From Selaginella moellendorffii (lineage: Eukaryota; Plantae; Lycopodiophyta): DNA of 64,000 nucleotides. Numbering within the stretch: the stretch's first letter is position 1; each line of letters begins with the position of its first letter. A program made the translations under genes and the position numbers. This document shows, one piece after another, positions 11,944 to 25,237 of this stretch. The DNA lies in assembly GCF_000143415.4 (NCBI RefSeq), contig NW_003314389.1, positions 270,892-334,891 on the forward strand, read 5' to 3'. The notes under the pieces were generated by a model, which ran no database searches, was not told the DNA's origin, and worked only from the letters and a program-made list of their open reading frames with translations.

Positions 11944-13552
11944 TGTAAGCCACAAATTTTTCCTTTTTAATTTGCCAGTTTACCTCATTTATCCGACCAC
12001 TACTACTTTGGCCTTAGTTAAGTTCCCTTGCCAAGGTTCCCACCTATTGTACTAGCTTCTACTTGGTTTTACGTGGTTTCAACTATTCACTATATGAGCA
12101 ATGAAGTGTTAACCATCCATTTATGGATTTTCAAATTCTCTCTCAATCCCCCTTCATGGGTTTGACTGGACTTAAGGTTCAGCTATATTCCCTGGAGGCA
12201 TAAGCAACCAAACACATTAAGCCTATAGCTTCTTAACATCCTTTGGTACAACAAGACTTGATTATGGGACCCTCAAAATCCCAAGCCTTGGGTGCATCTT
12301 TTGCTTCATGATCTTGGGGGGAAACACTGTGGCTTAACGACTCAATATAAGTATTTATAAACAACCAAAGAGAATAACTCAAGAGACGGTCTATAGGGAT
12401 TAAATATAGAGGGAAAGGGCCCATAAATAAGAGTGCACCCTCTTTTCCAATCAGTTAAGGGTTTTGGGATATTTGGGGTTAAGTGTCCTTGGGTTTGAGT
12501 AGTACTAGGATAAGTGACTTTTTTGGAAATCCAAATTCAGGAGCTTACATTTGGTATTAGAGAGGTCTTAGGTCCGACCCTGTTGATTAGCTTAGAGGAA
12601 TCATACCTCACATTGATTGACATTTGGCAGGTCTAGTTTGCTCTAGTTGGGCTCAACCCGAGGGGTAGGGTGTCAAGAGAGCGGGGCTCTCAAGAGAGTT
12701 GTAGTTTTTAGCTTATGTTCACGAGGGCGTGCACTTGTAGGGAAGCATGGTGGATTATAAGCAACCAAAGAGAACGATTCAAGAGATAGTCTATGGGAAT
12801 CAAATATAAAGGGAAAGAGCTCATAAACAAAAATGCACCCCTTTTTTCAATCAGTTAAAGAGTCTTAGGATACTTGGTGCTAAGTGTCCTTGGGTTTGAG
12901 TAGTACTGGGTTGGGTGACCTCTTGGGAAGTCCAAATTCAGGAGCTTTTAGTACCTCTACTCCCCCATTTTTGTCCCAAAGGGAAGGTCTAAGCCTCTAA
13001 AGAGTGAGGACCAATGAGTCATATGGTACTCAAGTAGGGCACCACTCCACTTGAGCCAGGAGCATTGCAATTGGTTTCCCTTTTGGGAGTGGGAGCTACT
13101 CTTGAGCACTTCCTTCTGTGGCTTCTCTAGCACCACCCAAATCCTGCTCACTCCCACCCAAGGCCTTCAACCCTCAGTCCCAACCTCAAGTTAGTTTAGA
13201 AGCACCACTAGAGAGTTCCTTCAAGACTAGTTCCTAGACCTCACTATCCCTATTATACATGTGGAACCCCCTGCAGCCCCTCCCACCCAAGAGACAATTG
13301 CTTTAGGATTTCATCCCACGATCTGTAGTAGTATTCGGACTCGGCCTTGGACTTGATCTCGAACTCAGACCTGATCTCCAATCTCGAACTTTGTCTCAAA
13401 CTCGGTCTTGAACTCAATCTTGAACTTGGTTTCAGAGTTGGTCTTGGACTCTCAATCTCAATCTCGGTCTCATTTGATGAACTCTTTATCGTTTTGATAT
13501 TGGTTTTAGGGATCCTTTAGCTTACAACACTTCAGGAAGTTGATTCCTTACA
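11944..13552 (-). mobile_element. Old Gypsy LTR (family A; 3' LTR of a minus-strand element) containing a TRIM insertion
   Basis: TGTAAGCCAC...TTCCTTACA termini; homologous to 36558-37701; PPT complement ACTCCACCACCC immediately follows 13552. Confidence 0.8.
12356..12950 (+). mobile_element. Cassandra-like TRIM with 5S rRNA-derived sequence in its LTRs
   Basis: Two ~194-bp direct repeats (12356-12549, 12756-12950). Met-type PBS TGGTATTAGAG at 12552-12562 and a ~200-bp non-coding core. Each LTR has a 5S-like internal-promoter segment (e.g. GAGTAGTACTGGGTTGGGTGACCTCTTGGGAAGTCC). Decayed 5-bp TSD GTATT/GTACC. Confidence 0.85.
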
Positions 13553-14523
13553 ACTCCACCACCCACACAAAAAGTTCAATGCCCAAACCAAATGTCTCTA
13601 TTTAATTCTATAATTTGTTCTTCAAGGGCATCCCCCATTTAGTGGTGTGCATAAGTTAGCCTCCTTGGCTAAGAGCCCATACTAATGAGATATAAGTCTC
13701 TCTATACCCCTCACCTCACCTCGCCCTTGTATAGGGTTGAGACCTCCATAGAATACATCTATGGATTCAACATCCCCTTAGGGAGTTAGGCATAACTCCC
13801 TACACTTGGTTGACTTAGTTAAACCTATGTTAATTAGCTTACCTTTGGTGCGCCTTTAGATCCCAACAAACAGATATTTTAATTGAACTTTGCATAAGTA
13901 TATAGAGTTCTATCTTGCAAAAATTCCTCAACTAGATCTTATGTGTTCTCTAGGTTCTCCTCCATTTCTTATATTGTTTTGCAGAGCAGAAATCCTTTCA
14001 CTTTACATAAAATTCCTTCAGCTCTCATCCTTGTCATTTGCTCTTGCATTTATTGAGGATGGCCTCAACCTCATATTCATCCTCCCCTTAAATAACCTTG
14101 GGTAAAGGTCTTACTTGGTTTTTGCAAAGTGGGTATTCAAAATATAGATTAAGTAAGTTTATGTGGGGTTGTGACAAAAAGTGTTTTGTTACCACATTAT
14201 CCATGTATACCTTGAAGTATATCCCAAGTAGTGTGGCCACTCTTTGAGCATCTTGACCACTAAAAACAATTTCTTTTCATAGAAAGGCCACTTTTGCTGA
14301 GCTTTGTCCAACCTTTTCGAAAAGAATGCCACTGGGTGGTTATCTTGCTTCAAAATTGCATTTAACGCCAAGTTTGAAGTGTCTATTTCTACCACAAAGT
14401 CTTTATCAAAGTCTTGTAATGTGAATACAAAAGTCTTCCTCAATTTTTTTTTGAGTTGGATAACCTCACATTCCACTATCCATACTATCTTCTCCTTTCC
14501 CGTTTTGTTTGTTAAAGGTAAAG
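13553..14523 (-). pseudogene. Decayed family-A 3' region: PPT, 3' UTR, chromodomain relic and RNase H fragment
   Basis: ORF 14189-14614 has [26 protein letters not shown] (RNase H); 13553-14160 is homologous to 23406-24090. Confidence 0.7.
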
Positions 14524-15439
14524 TGTAAGCCACAAATTTTTCCTTTCCAATTTGCCAGCTTACCTCGTCTATCCGACCAACACTACTTTGGCTTTTGCTA
14601 AGTTCCCACGCCAAGGTTCCCGCCTATTGTACCAGCTACTACTTGGTCCTACTTGGTTTCAGCTACTCACTGCACGAGCAACGGAGCGTTAGCCATCTAT
14701 CCACAGATTCCGAAATCTCTCCCAATCCCCTTCCTTGGGTTAGACTGGACTTAAGGTTCGGCTACACTCCCTGCAGGCACAAGCAGCCAAGCACACCAAG
14801 CCTCCAGGTTCCTAACACCCCTTGGTATAACAAGACTTGATCATGGGACCCTCTAAATCCCAAACCTTGGGTGCAACACTTGCTTTGGGACGCCGGGGCG
14901 AAACATTGTGGCCTAACGGCTCGGTATGGGTACCTTTACCCCCCCACTTCCATCCCGAAGGGAAGGCCCAAACCCCTAGGAAGGGCGATGACCAATGAGC
15001 CACAAGGTACTCAAATGGGGCACCACTCCACATGAGCCGGGAGCACTGCAGTTGGTTTCTCTTTCGGGAGTGGGAGCTGCTCTTGAGCACTTCCTTGGGT
15101 GGCCCCTCTGGCACCACCCGAGTCCATGCTCACTCCCACCCAAGGACCCTTGGCCCTAGTCTCAACCTCAAGTCAGTTTGGAAGCACCACTGGAGAGTTC
15201 TTTCAAGACTGGTTCCTAGACCTCACTATCCTTACTATACTTTTGGAACCCCCTACAGCCCCCCCCTGGGAGACGCACGCTTTGGGCTTTCACCCCTTGA
15301 CCCGTATTAGTACTCGGACTCGGTCTTGGACTCGATCTTGAACCCGACTTCGGACTCAGTCTCAGACTCGATCTCGGACTTTGGACTCTGTCTCGAACTC
15401 TGTCTCGAACTCGGTCTCAGAGTCGGTCTTGGACTCGAT
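14524..15439 (-). mobile_element. Family-A LTR, split by a family-B insertion (resumes at 23303-23405)
   Basis: Starts TGTAAGCCAC. The sequence resumes after 23302, and ACTCGAT is duplicated at 15433-15439 and 23303-23309. Confidence 0.8.
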
Positions 15440-15685
15440 TGTAAGAGACTAAATTTTCCATTCTACTTTAGTCACTTAACCACACCTCCGACCACTTGGA
15501 GGAGTCTCATTCACAACCTCCATAAGTCCAATTCAGGACTTGGGGCTTGCTAGCCCCGAGAATGGCATCCATGCCACTCAACATTTGCACTTGGTCCAAG
15601 TGCTCCACGTGTCCGATCCCATGACCGACACTTAAAGGTACCACCGACATGGCAGTTTGTCACGCTAAGGCCATGCCCAATCACC

Positions 15686-16081
15686 NNNNNNNNNNNNNNN
15701 NNNNNNNNNNNNNNNNNNNNNNNNNNNNNNNNNNNNNNNNNNNNNNNNNNNNNNNNNNNNNNNNNNNNNNNNNNNNNNNNNNNNNNNNNNNNNNNNNNNN
15801 NNNNNNNNNNNNNNNNNNNNNNNNNNNNNNNNNNNNNNNNNNNNNNNNNNNNNNNNNNNNNNNNNNNNNNNNNNNNNNNNNNNNNNNNNNNNNNNNNNNN
15901 NNNNNNNNNNNNNNNNNNNNNNNNNNNNNNNNNNNNNNNNNNNNNNNNNNNNNNNNNNNNNNNNNNNNNNNNNNNNNNNNNNNNNNNNNNNNNNNNNNNN
16001 NNNNNNNNNNNNNNNNNNNNNNNNNNNNNNNNNNNNNNNNNNNNNNNNNNNNNNNNNNNNNNNNNNNNNNNNNNNNNNNNN
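15686..16081. other. Assembly gap (N run)
   Basis: Uninterrupted run of N. Confidence 1.
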
Positions 16082-16129
16082 GAGGCTCCAAAAAGGGACC
16101 CAAAAGGACCAACACATGACACGTGGAAG

Positions 16130-16695
16130 TGTCCGAGATGGACTCGAGTTGGAGTCCGAAGTGGAGTCCGAGATGGACCCGAGTTGGAGTCCGAATTGGA
16201 GTCCGAGATGGACCTGGAGTTGGAGTCCGAAGTGGAGTCCGAGATGGACCCGAGTTGGAATCCGAAGTGGAGTCCGAGATGGACTCGAGTTGGAATCCGA
16301 AGTGGAGTCCGAGATGGACTCGAGTTGGAGTCCAAAGTGGAGTCCGAGATGGACCCGAGTTGGAGTCCGAAGTGGAGTCCGAGATGGACCCGAGATGGAG
16401 TCCGAGATGGAGTCCGAGATGGAGTCCGAGATGGAGTCCGAGGTGGACCCGAGATGGAGTCCGAGATGGAGTCCGAGATGGACCCGAGATGGAGTCCGAG
16501 ATGGACCCGAGATGGAGTCCGAGATGGACCCGAGATGGACCCGAGATGGAGTCCGAGATGGAGTCCGAGATGAAGTCCGAGATGGAGTCCGAAGTCGAGA
16601 CCGAGACCGGGACCGAGATCGGGACCGAGACCGAGACCGAGGCCGAGGCCGAGACCGAGCCCGAGCCCGAGTCCGAGTCCGAGTCCGAGTCCAGA
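16130..16695 (+). repeat. LTR-internal tandem arrays (GGAGTCCGAGAT)n, (CCGAGA)n and (CCGAGT)n
   Basis: Direct reading; the same arrays recur at 18280-18640, 20220-20505, 22665-23070, 31810-32120 and 43060-43405. Confidence 0.9.
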
Positions 16696-19600
16696 GCCTA
16701 AGAGGGTGAAAGCCCAAAGCGTTCGTCTCCCAGACCCTGGGGGGTTTGGTGAGCTCCAAAAGTATAGTAGGGGGAGGACTGCAGTGGAGCCAGTTTGGCC
16801 AGGAAAGGCCATTTTGGCCCAGGAAGGCCGGACCCAGTGTTGGGTGATGAGCTGCCCACTGGGAAGTCCAAGACTAGAGTGAACACAGACCGACAAGCGG
16901 GGTAGCTTGGTGAAGTGTTCAAGAGCTGGCTCTAGTTCCCCCGGGAGATCGACTGGCCGATGCTCCCAGTCCAAGTGTGGGTGGCACTACCTACTTGGAT
17001 ACCTGATGTGGCTCAACGGAACCCGCTCTAAGCCCATGGCTAGAGCACCCAAGGGCAGAAGGCGAGGAGAGTACCCAGGTGGCTCGCGTAAGGCCACGGT
17101 GTTCTGAAATGTTGTCCCAAAGGCCCAGACTGTGGAAAGGAAGAGGAGCAGTCCTCTGGGGTAGTGACCAAGGACACAGTCGTGTGGTGAGGAAGTCCCA
17201 AAGGACCGTGGGACTTAGTGGTCGGGCCTGTGGGTCTCGATCAAGTGGCAGTGTTGGCAAACACGGCCAGGGGCAGAAAGGGACTTAGTGGGGACTGATA
17301 GAGGGATATTGGGGAAGGCTATTCCCCTTGTTGGTGGGCATCCTAAGGATGCTAAGGAGTGGATCTGAGATGACCACTCACGGATGGTTTGCCTAGTCTT
17401 GGAGAGCCAAGACGGTGATGCAAGTGGTATTGGACTACCAGTGTGGCAAAGGTGATTGGGCATGGCCTTAGCGTAACGGGCTGCTATGTCGGTGGTACCT
17501 TTGAGTGTCGGTCATGGGATCGGACACGTGGAGCACTTGGACCAAGTGCAAATGTTGAGTGGCATGGATGCCATTCTCGGGGCTAGCAAGTCCCAAGTCC
17601 TGGATTGGACTTATGGAGGTTGTGAATGAGACTCCTCCAAGTGGTCAGAGGTGTGGTTAAGTGACTAAAGTAAAATGGAAAATTTAGTTGCTTACAGATC
17701 GAGGCCCACAGGCCCGACCACTAAGTCCCACGGTCCTCTGGGACTTCCTCACCATACGACTGTGTCCTTGGTTACAACCCCAGAGGACTGCTCCTCTTCC
17801 TTTCCACCGTCTGTGCCTTTGGGGACAACATTTCGGAACACCGTGGTCTTACGCGAGCCACCTGGGTACTCTCCCCACCTTCCGCCCTTGGGTGCTCTAG
17901 CCATGGGCTTAGAGTGAGGTTCCATTGAGCCACGCCTGGTATCCAAGTAGGTAGTGCCACCCACACTTGGACTGGGAGCATCGGCCAGTCGATCTCCTGG
18001 GGGAACTAGAGCCGGCTCTTGAACACTTCACCAAGCTACCCCGCATGTCGATCCATGTTCACTCTAGTCTTGGACTTCCCAGTGGTCAGCTCATCACCCA
18101 ACACTGGGTCTGGCCTTCTTGGGCCAAACTGGCCTTTCCTGGTCAAACTGGCTCCACTGGGCTCCAACCCCCACACTCTCCCTACTATACTTTTGGAACC
18201 CCTCGCAGCCCCCCCCCCCCCCCCCCCCTTGGGGGACGATCGCTTTGGGCTTTCACCCAACTGCCTGTATTAGTATTCGGACTTGGACTCAGACTCGGAC
18301 TCGGACTCGGACTCGGTCTCGGTCCCGGATTTGGACTCGGACTCGGTCTCAGTCTTGGTCCCGGTCTCGGACTCCATCTCGGGTCCATCTCGGACTCCAT
18401 CTCGGGTCCATCTCGGACTCCATCTCGGATCCATCTCAAACTCCATCTCGGTCTCCACTTCGGGTCCATCTCGGATCCATCTCGAACTCCATATCGGACT
18501 CCATCTCAGACTCCACTTCAGGTCCATCTCGGATCCATCTCGGACTCCATCTCGGACTCCATATCGGACTTTATCTCGGACTCCACTTTGGGTCCATCTC
18601 GGACTCCAACTCGGGTCTACCTCGGAGTCCATCTCGGACACTTCCATGTGTCATTTGTTGGTCCTTTTTGGGTCCCTTTTTGGAGCCTTGCTTATTGCTC
18701 GCTTCGTGCTCGTTCCTTGAGCACTTTGTTGGGAGTTCCACTCCCACTCTCGACCTTCCAAGTTAGAGCTTTTAGTCCAAACGTGTACACTCATTTGGCT
18801 TTCGCTTCGGCCACTACCACATGGCACCCTTTCCGGCTCCACTTTGGGGCCTAGGGATTTTGTGTCTCACAACTCCACCACCCATAGACGAAGTTCGATG
18901 TCCTCATCAATGGTAAACCATTTTATTAAGTAACACCCGCATGTGTTACCATTTCCATCCTTGGCACCTAGCCAATATTTATCAATGGTTTGACATTGAA
19001 GGCTCACCATGCCTTCTTCATATTCGTCAATGGTTTGACATTGAAGGCTCACCATGCCTTCTGCATATTTGTCAATGGTTTGACACTAAAGGCTCACCAT
19101 GCCTTGCCCATCCTTTAAGGAGGGTAGTCTCTCCAACTTAGAGACTGGTTGGACCACATGTAGTGGTTCTCTCCTTTTATTGGTTTAGTTCTTGCTAAAC
19201 CTCTTAGAGACCCTTCTCTAAGTCAATCCCACTACTCCTTCTCGAGTAGTCTCAATTTCCATCTATTGAATGTTTGCACCTTGGAACTTTTACTCTTTGA
19301 CTTCTGGAAGTCAATTTTCTAGGTGTCTCCAACACCTTGCATTGCACCTATTGTGCAACTCCACTCCCCATCCTAGGAAGTTCCTTACTTGAGGGCACCA
19401 TCATCCTCTCTTTTATTTCGTGCCACCTTGGGCACTAAGTTCCATTTATCATACTTTGTGCTAGGGTTGTTTATGGCCTTATCATTTGGCTACCTTACCG
19501 CTCCCTCCCTTGGAGCTTCCACTTTCGCCAAATCGGAGCAATTCGGAATCCATCCTTGGAAACACACTTCCTTTCCCGCAATTTGTTAGCGTCCAACACA

Positions 19601-22600
19601 TTAGTGTTCCTCGCCTAACTTTGTCACTTGGATTCCTTCCAAGGGATTCCACGGCCCTCTTTTGGCCACTCATCTTTTGCTCCTATTCGTTGATTGTTGC
19701 ACCAAGCAACACCGAATTTTTACCTCCCTCCTTGAGGTATTCTTTTGATTCCATAGCAAAAGCTCTGCTTTGCCAAGACTAGGGTGTTCACCCCTAGTAA
19801 GTCTCTTTAGCATCTTCTGTTGTGGGCTCTGTCCACGGCCCAACTTTGTGACCCTCCCATGGGTCTCTTTAGAGACTACTTTCCTTGGACACACTATGCC
19901 ATCGCAATGACATAGCTCATTTCCCCAAGGTGCTTTTCCCACTTGGTCACTTTGACCAAGCCACACTATCATCAATAGTTCAAATCAACACTTTGAACTA
20001 AGAACCTTATTCCTTAGCCCAAACAAGGACCTTGTCGTTATTTAGCCACAAGATCACCTAGTGATCTCACCTCGGCACCTTAACAGGTTTGCCAATAGGT
20101 ACTAAGTCTTCCAGACCTTTAACTTGTTAACTACGACCCTGGGGGCATCCCCCACACTTGACGGTGCACCCAAGCCAGCCCTTCCGGCCAAGGGTCCATA
20201 GCCACTGAGACTGGGTGTCCCGGACTCCACTTCGGATTCCAACTCGGGTCCATCTCGGACTCCACTTCGGACTCCAACTCGGGTCCATCTCGGACTCCAC
20301 TTCGGACTCCAACTCGAGTCCATCTCGGACTCCACTTCGGATTCCAACTCGAGTCCATCTCGGACTCCACTTCGGATTCCAACTCAGGTCCATCTCGGAC
20401 TCCACTTCGGACTCCAACTCGGGTCCATCTCGGACTCCACTTCGGACTCCAACTCGGGTCCATCTCGGACTCCACTTCGGACTCCAACTCGAGTCCATCT
20501 CGGACACTTCCACGTGTCATGTGTTGGTCCTTTTGGGTCCCTTTTTGGAGCCTCGCTTTTTGCTCGCTTCGTGCTCGTTCCTCGAGCACTTCTTTGGGAG
20601 TTCCACTCCCGCTCTTGACTTTTCAAGTCGGAGCTTTTGGTCCAAACGTGTTACGCTCGTTTGGCTCTCGCTTCAGCCACTACCACGTGGCACCCTTTCC
20701 GGCTCCACTTTGGGGCCTAGGGATTTTGTGTCTCACAACTCCACCACCCATAGACGAAGTTCGATGTCCTCATCGAACGGTAAACCCTTTCATAAAGTAA
20801 CACCCACACGTGTTACCATTTCTATCCTTGGCACTTAGCCAATCTTTGTCTATGGTTTGACATCAAAGGCTCACCATGCCTTGTCCATCCTTTAAGGAGC
20901 GTAGTCTCTCCAACTTAGAGACTGATTGGACCACATGTAATGGTTCTCTCCTTTTATTGGTTTAGTTCTCGCTAAACCTCTTAGAGACCCTTCTCTAAGT
21001 CAATCCCACTACTCCTTCTCGAGTAGTCTCAATTTCCATCGATATAACCTTTGCACTTTGGAACTTTGAATTTTGACTTCTTGGAGTCACTTTCCTAGGT
21101 GTCTCCGACACCTTGCCTTGCACCTTTTGTGCAACTCCACTTCCCATCCTAGGAAGTTCTCTACTCGAGAGCACCATCATCCTCTCTTCTATTTCGTGCC
21201 AAAGTTCCAGTTATCATACTTTGTGCTAGGGCTGTTCATGGCCCTATCATTTGGCTACCTTACCGCTCCCTCCCTTGGAGCTTCCACTTTCGCCAAATCG
21301 GAGCATTTCGGAATCCCTCCTCGGAAACACACTTCCTTTCCCGCAACTTGTTAGCGTCCAACACATTAGTGTTCCTCGCCTAACTTCGTCACTTGGATTC
21401 CTTCCAAGGGATTCTACGGCCCTATCTTGGCCACTCATCTTTTGCTCCTATCCGTTGATTGTTGCACCAAGCAACATCGAATCTCTACCTCCCTCCTTGA
21501 GGTATTGTTTCGGTTCCATAGCAAAGACTCTTCTTTGCCAAGTCCGGAGGATGTTCACCCCTAGTACGTCTCTTTAGCATCTTCTGCTATGGGCTCTATC
21601 CACGGCCCAACTTCGTGACCCTCCCATGGGTCTTTTATAGAGACTACTTTCCTCGGACTCACTATGCCATCGCACGGACATAGTTTATTTCCCTTAGGTG
21701 CTCTTCCCACTTGGTTATCACGACCAAGCCACACCACCTTAAACAGTTCAATTTCAACATTTTGAACCAGGAACTTCATTCCTCAGCCAACCAAGGACCT
21801 TGTCCTTATCTGGCCATAAGATCACCTAGTGATCTCACCTTCGCACCTTAACAGAGTTGCCAAGAGGTACTTGGTTTTCTAGACCTCCAAGTTGTTGACT
21901 ATAACCCCGGGGGCATCCCCCACACTTGGCGGTGCATCCAAGCTAGCCCTTACGGCCAAGGGTTCATAGCAACTGAGATTAGGTGTCCCCATCTCACTCA
22001 CCGTGTCCTTGGTGCCACTGGCACCAAAGTGTTCAAGTTAGATATGCTGAGCCACTCCATGCCACTCAACATTTGCACTTGGTCCAAGTGCTCCACGTGT
22101 TTGATCCCATGACCGACACTCAAAGGTACCACCGACATGGCAGCTTGTCATGCTAAGGCCATGCCCAATCACCTTTGCCACACTGGTAGTCTAATACCAC
22201 ATGCATCCCAGTCTTGGCTCTCCAAGACTAGGCAAACCATCTGTGAGTGGTCATCTCAGATCCACTCCTTAGCATCCTTAGGATGCTCACCGACAAAAGG
22301 AATAGCCTTCCCCAATAACCCTCTATCAGTCCCCACTAAGTCCCTTTCTGCCCCTCGCCGTGTTTGCAAACACTGCCACTGGATCGAGGCCCACAGGCCC
22401 GACCACTAAGTCCCACAGTCCTCTGGGACTTCCTCACCATACGACTGTGTCCTTGGTCACAACCCCAAAGGACTGCTCCTCTTCCTTTCCACAGTCTGGG
22501 CCTTTGGGGACAACATTTCGGAACACCGTGGCCTTACGCGAGCCACCTGGGTACTCTCCCCGCCTGCCGCCCTTGGGTGCCCTACTATACTTTTGGAACC

Positions 22601-23405
22601 CCCCGCAGCCCCCCCGGGGGACGATCGCTTTGGGCTTTCACCGAACTGCCTGTATTAGTATTCGGACTCGGACTCAGACTCGGACTCGGACTCGGTCTCG
22701 GTCCCAGATTTGGACTTGGACTCGGTCTCGGTCTCGGTCTCGGTCGCGGTCGCGGTTCCATCTCGGACTCCATCTCGGACTCCATCTCGGGTCCATCTCG
22801 GACTCCATCTTGGGTCCATCTCGGACTCCATCTCGGTCCATCTCGGACTTCATCTCGGTCTCCACTTCGGGTCCATCTTGGATCCATCTCGGACTCCATA
22901 TTGGACTCCATCTCGGACTCCACTTCAGGTCCATCTCGGATCCATCTCGGACTCCATCTCGGACTCCATATCGGACTCTATCTCGGACTCCACTTCGGGT
23001 CCATCTCAGACTCCACTTCGGGTCCATCTCAGACTCCAACTCGGGTCTGCCTCGGACTCCATCTCGGACACTTCCACATGTCATGTGTTGGTCCTTTTTG
23101 GGTCCTTTTTTGGAGCCTTGCTTATTGCTCGCTTCATGCTCGTTCCTTGAGCACTTTGTTGGGAGTTCCACTCCCGCTCTCGACCTTCCAAGTCAGAGCT
23201 TTTAGTCCAAATGTGTTACGCTTGTTTGGCTTTCGCTTCGGCCACTACCACGTGGCACCCTTTCCGGCTCCACTTTTGGGCCTAGGGATTTTGTGTCTCA
23301 CAACTCGATCTTCGACTCGGTCCCATCTGATGAACTCTTTGTCATTTTGGTCATGCTTTCAGGGATCCTTTAGCCTACGACACCTCGGGGAGTTGGTTCC
23401 TTACA

Positions 23406-25150
23406 ACTCCACCACCCATAGAAGAAGTTCTATGCCCACATCGAATGTCTCTTTTTTATCTTACGACTTGTTGACTATGTCTCCGGGGGCATCCCCCCAC
23501 TTTGCGGTATGCCTAAGTTAGCCTCCCCGGCCAAAAGACCATGACAATAGAATATAGGTGTCCCTATACCCCTCACCCCACCACGCCCTAGTATGGGGTT
23601 GGGACTTGAACCCAGCCTTACTTTACTAGGGGGTTGGGACTCGAACCCAACCTCCATAGAATACGTCTATGGATTCGACATCCTCGTGGGGAGTCGGGCG
23701 TAGTTCTCTACACCTGGTCGACCTAGCTAACCCATGCTAATTAGCTTACCTTCGGCGCGCCTTTGTGTCCCAACATATGCCATTGCTCAACTTCACAAAT
23801 TGATACTTTAATTGAACTTTGCATAAGTACATAGAGTTCTGCCTTGCAGAAATTCCTCCACTTGATCTCGGGCGTTTGCTAGGTTCTACTCTGGTTCCTA
23901 TGTTGCTTCGTAGTGTGGAAATCCTTTCCACTTCACATGGAACTCTCTCACCTCGCGTCTTTGTCGCTTGCTCTTTCATGCATTGAGGATGGCCTCGACT
24001 TTGTATTCCTCTTCCCCTTGGATAACCTCAGGTAAAGGTCTTACTTGGTCCTTGCGAAGGGGATCCTCAAAGTACGGCTGGAGTAAGTTCACATGGAACA
24101 CTAGGTGCATCTTCCCCATCTCTCGAGGAAGTCGAAGACGGTAAGCCACTTTACCGATTTGTGCCTCAATCTCGTAAGGCCTCGCAAACCTGCTTAAGGA
24201 ACTCAAGATCAATTCATTTATAGGAATACATGCATTTTTACCTTTGGGTCAACTTCCGGCTGATCCCACTTGGTAACCTGAGGTTCTTGGTGTTTAGCCA
24301 CACCTTCTCCCTAGCTTGGAACTCTACGTCCCGGCGCTTTTGGTTCGCGTACTTGGTTTGCCTTTGTTGAGCCCGTTCCAAGGAATCCTTCACTAGATTC
24401 CAAACGTTGAGTCTTTCTGCCATGAATGCCTCCATTGTGGGTAACTCTCCATGATACTCGGCCACGCCGAGTTCCACAGGACCTTCAATAGCTCGCCCAT
24501 TGATGACTTCCCATGGACTCACCCCGATACTCGACTGTGGTGAGTTGTTATAACACATTTCCACAAGTCCCAAATGACTTACCCAATCGGTCTGGCCTCC
24601 CGAGACATAGCATTGCAAATAATTCTCCAGCTGCCTACTCACCCTTTCCATTTGTCTGTTTGTCAAGAAGTGTTAGTGCCATCAAACTTGACTTAATACC
24701 CAATACTTGTGTGTGGATGATAGGCTGTGTTGAATTTCAACTTGGTGCGATACTGTTCTAGGAGAGTTCTCCAGAACCTATTGGTGAAGATCTTATCTCG
24801 ATCTGAGATAATCTCTTCCGGCCTTCCCCGCACTCGAACCATTTGTTCGAAGAATAGCTTCGCCACACCTTTCGCATCCACTTTCGTTGTGGTGGGTATG
24901 AAATGTGCCATTTTCGAAAATTGGTCCACCACCACGAATATCGCATCGAACCCCTTGCTTGGGGGGAGTCCCATGATGAAGTCCATCATAAAACATTTTC
25001 ATGGACGATCTGGAATTGGGATGCTTTGTAACAAGCCGCCACTCACCTTAGTCACGGCTTTGACCTGCTGACATATTGGACATGTTTTTATATAGTCTTG
25101 GACATCCTTAGCCATATCTGGCTAGTGATACTTCCTCTTGAATAAGCCCA
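23406..25150 (-). pseudogene. Chromovirus integrase + chromodomain + 3' UTR/PPT (family A), with two introns
   Basis: MDFIMGLP..VVVDQFSKMAHF..ISDRD..TAYHP, GPY/F-like module and EEEYKVEAIL chromodomain; PPT adjacent to the LTR at 23405. Confidence 0.88.
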
Positions 25151-25237
25151 TCGTCTTGATTAGTTGGACAGCACCATTCGGTAAGAACGTTGTATGCATG
25201 TTCAGTTACTGATAGAGGCATGCATGCAGCTAGCGGG

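Larger units (their letters stand above)
15440..23302 (-). mobile_element. Nested family-B LTR retroelement block: multiple LTRs with 6/12-bp tandem arrays and duplicated non-coding internal segments
   Basis: TGTAAG at 15440 and TCTCACA at 23302. LTR pieces at 16082-17696 (+), 17697-18871 (-), 20220-20737 (-) and 22055-23302 (-). Segment 18872-20220 is repeated at 20738-22000. Confidence 0.75.

Noticed and set aside
12470-12535. 5S rRNA gene
   Set aside because: Only the internal ~60-nt promoter segment is present, duplicated inside TRIM LTRs.
17557-17578. GAGTGGCATGGATGCCATTC in family-B LTRs as an instance of the transposon palindrome
   Set aside because: It shares GGCAT but the arms are only 2 bp apart and it lacks the 8-6-8 geometry.
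15550-18854. Long ORFs rich in SRTP/GLHL/MESE repeats (also 22360-23521, 31556-32341, 42749-43632)
   Set aside because: They are open in several frames on both strands because of stop-free 6/12-bp LTR tandem arrays and the N gap; not genes.
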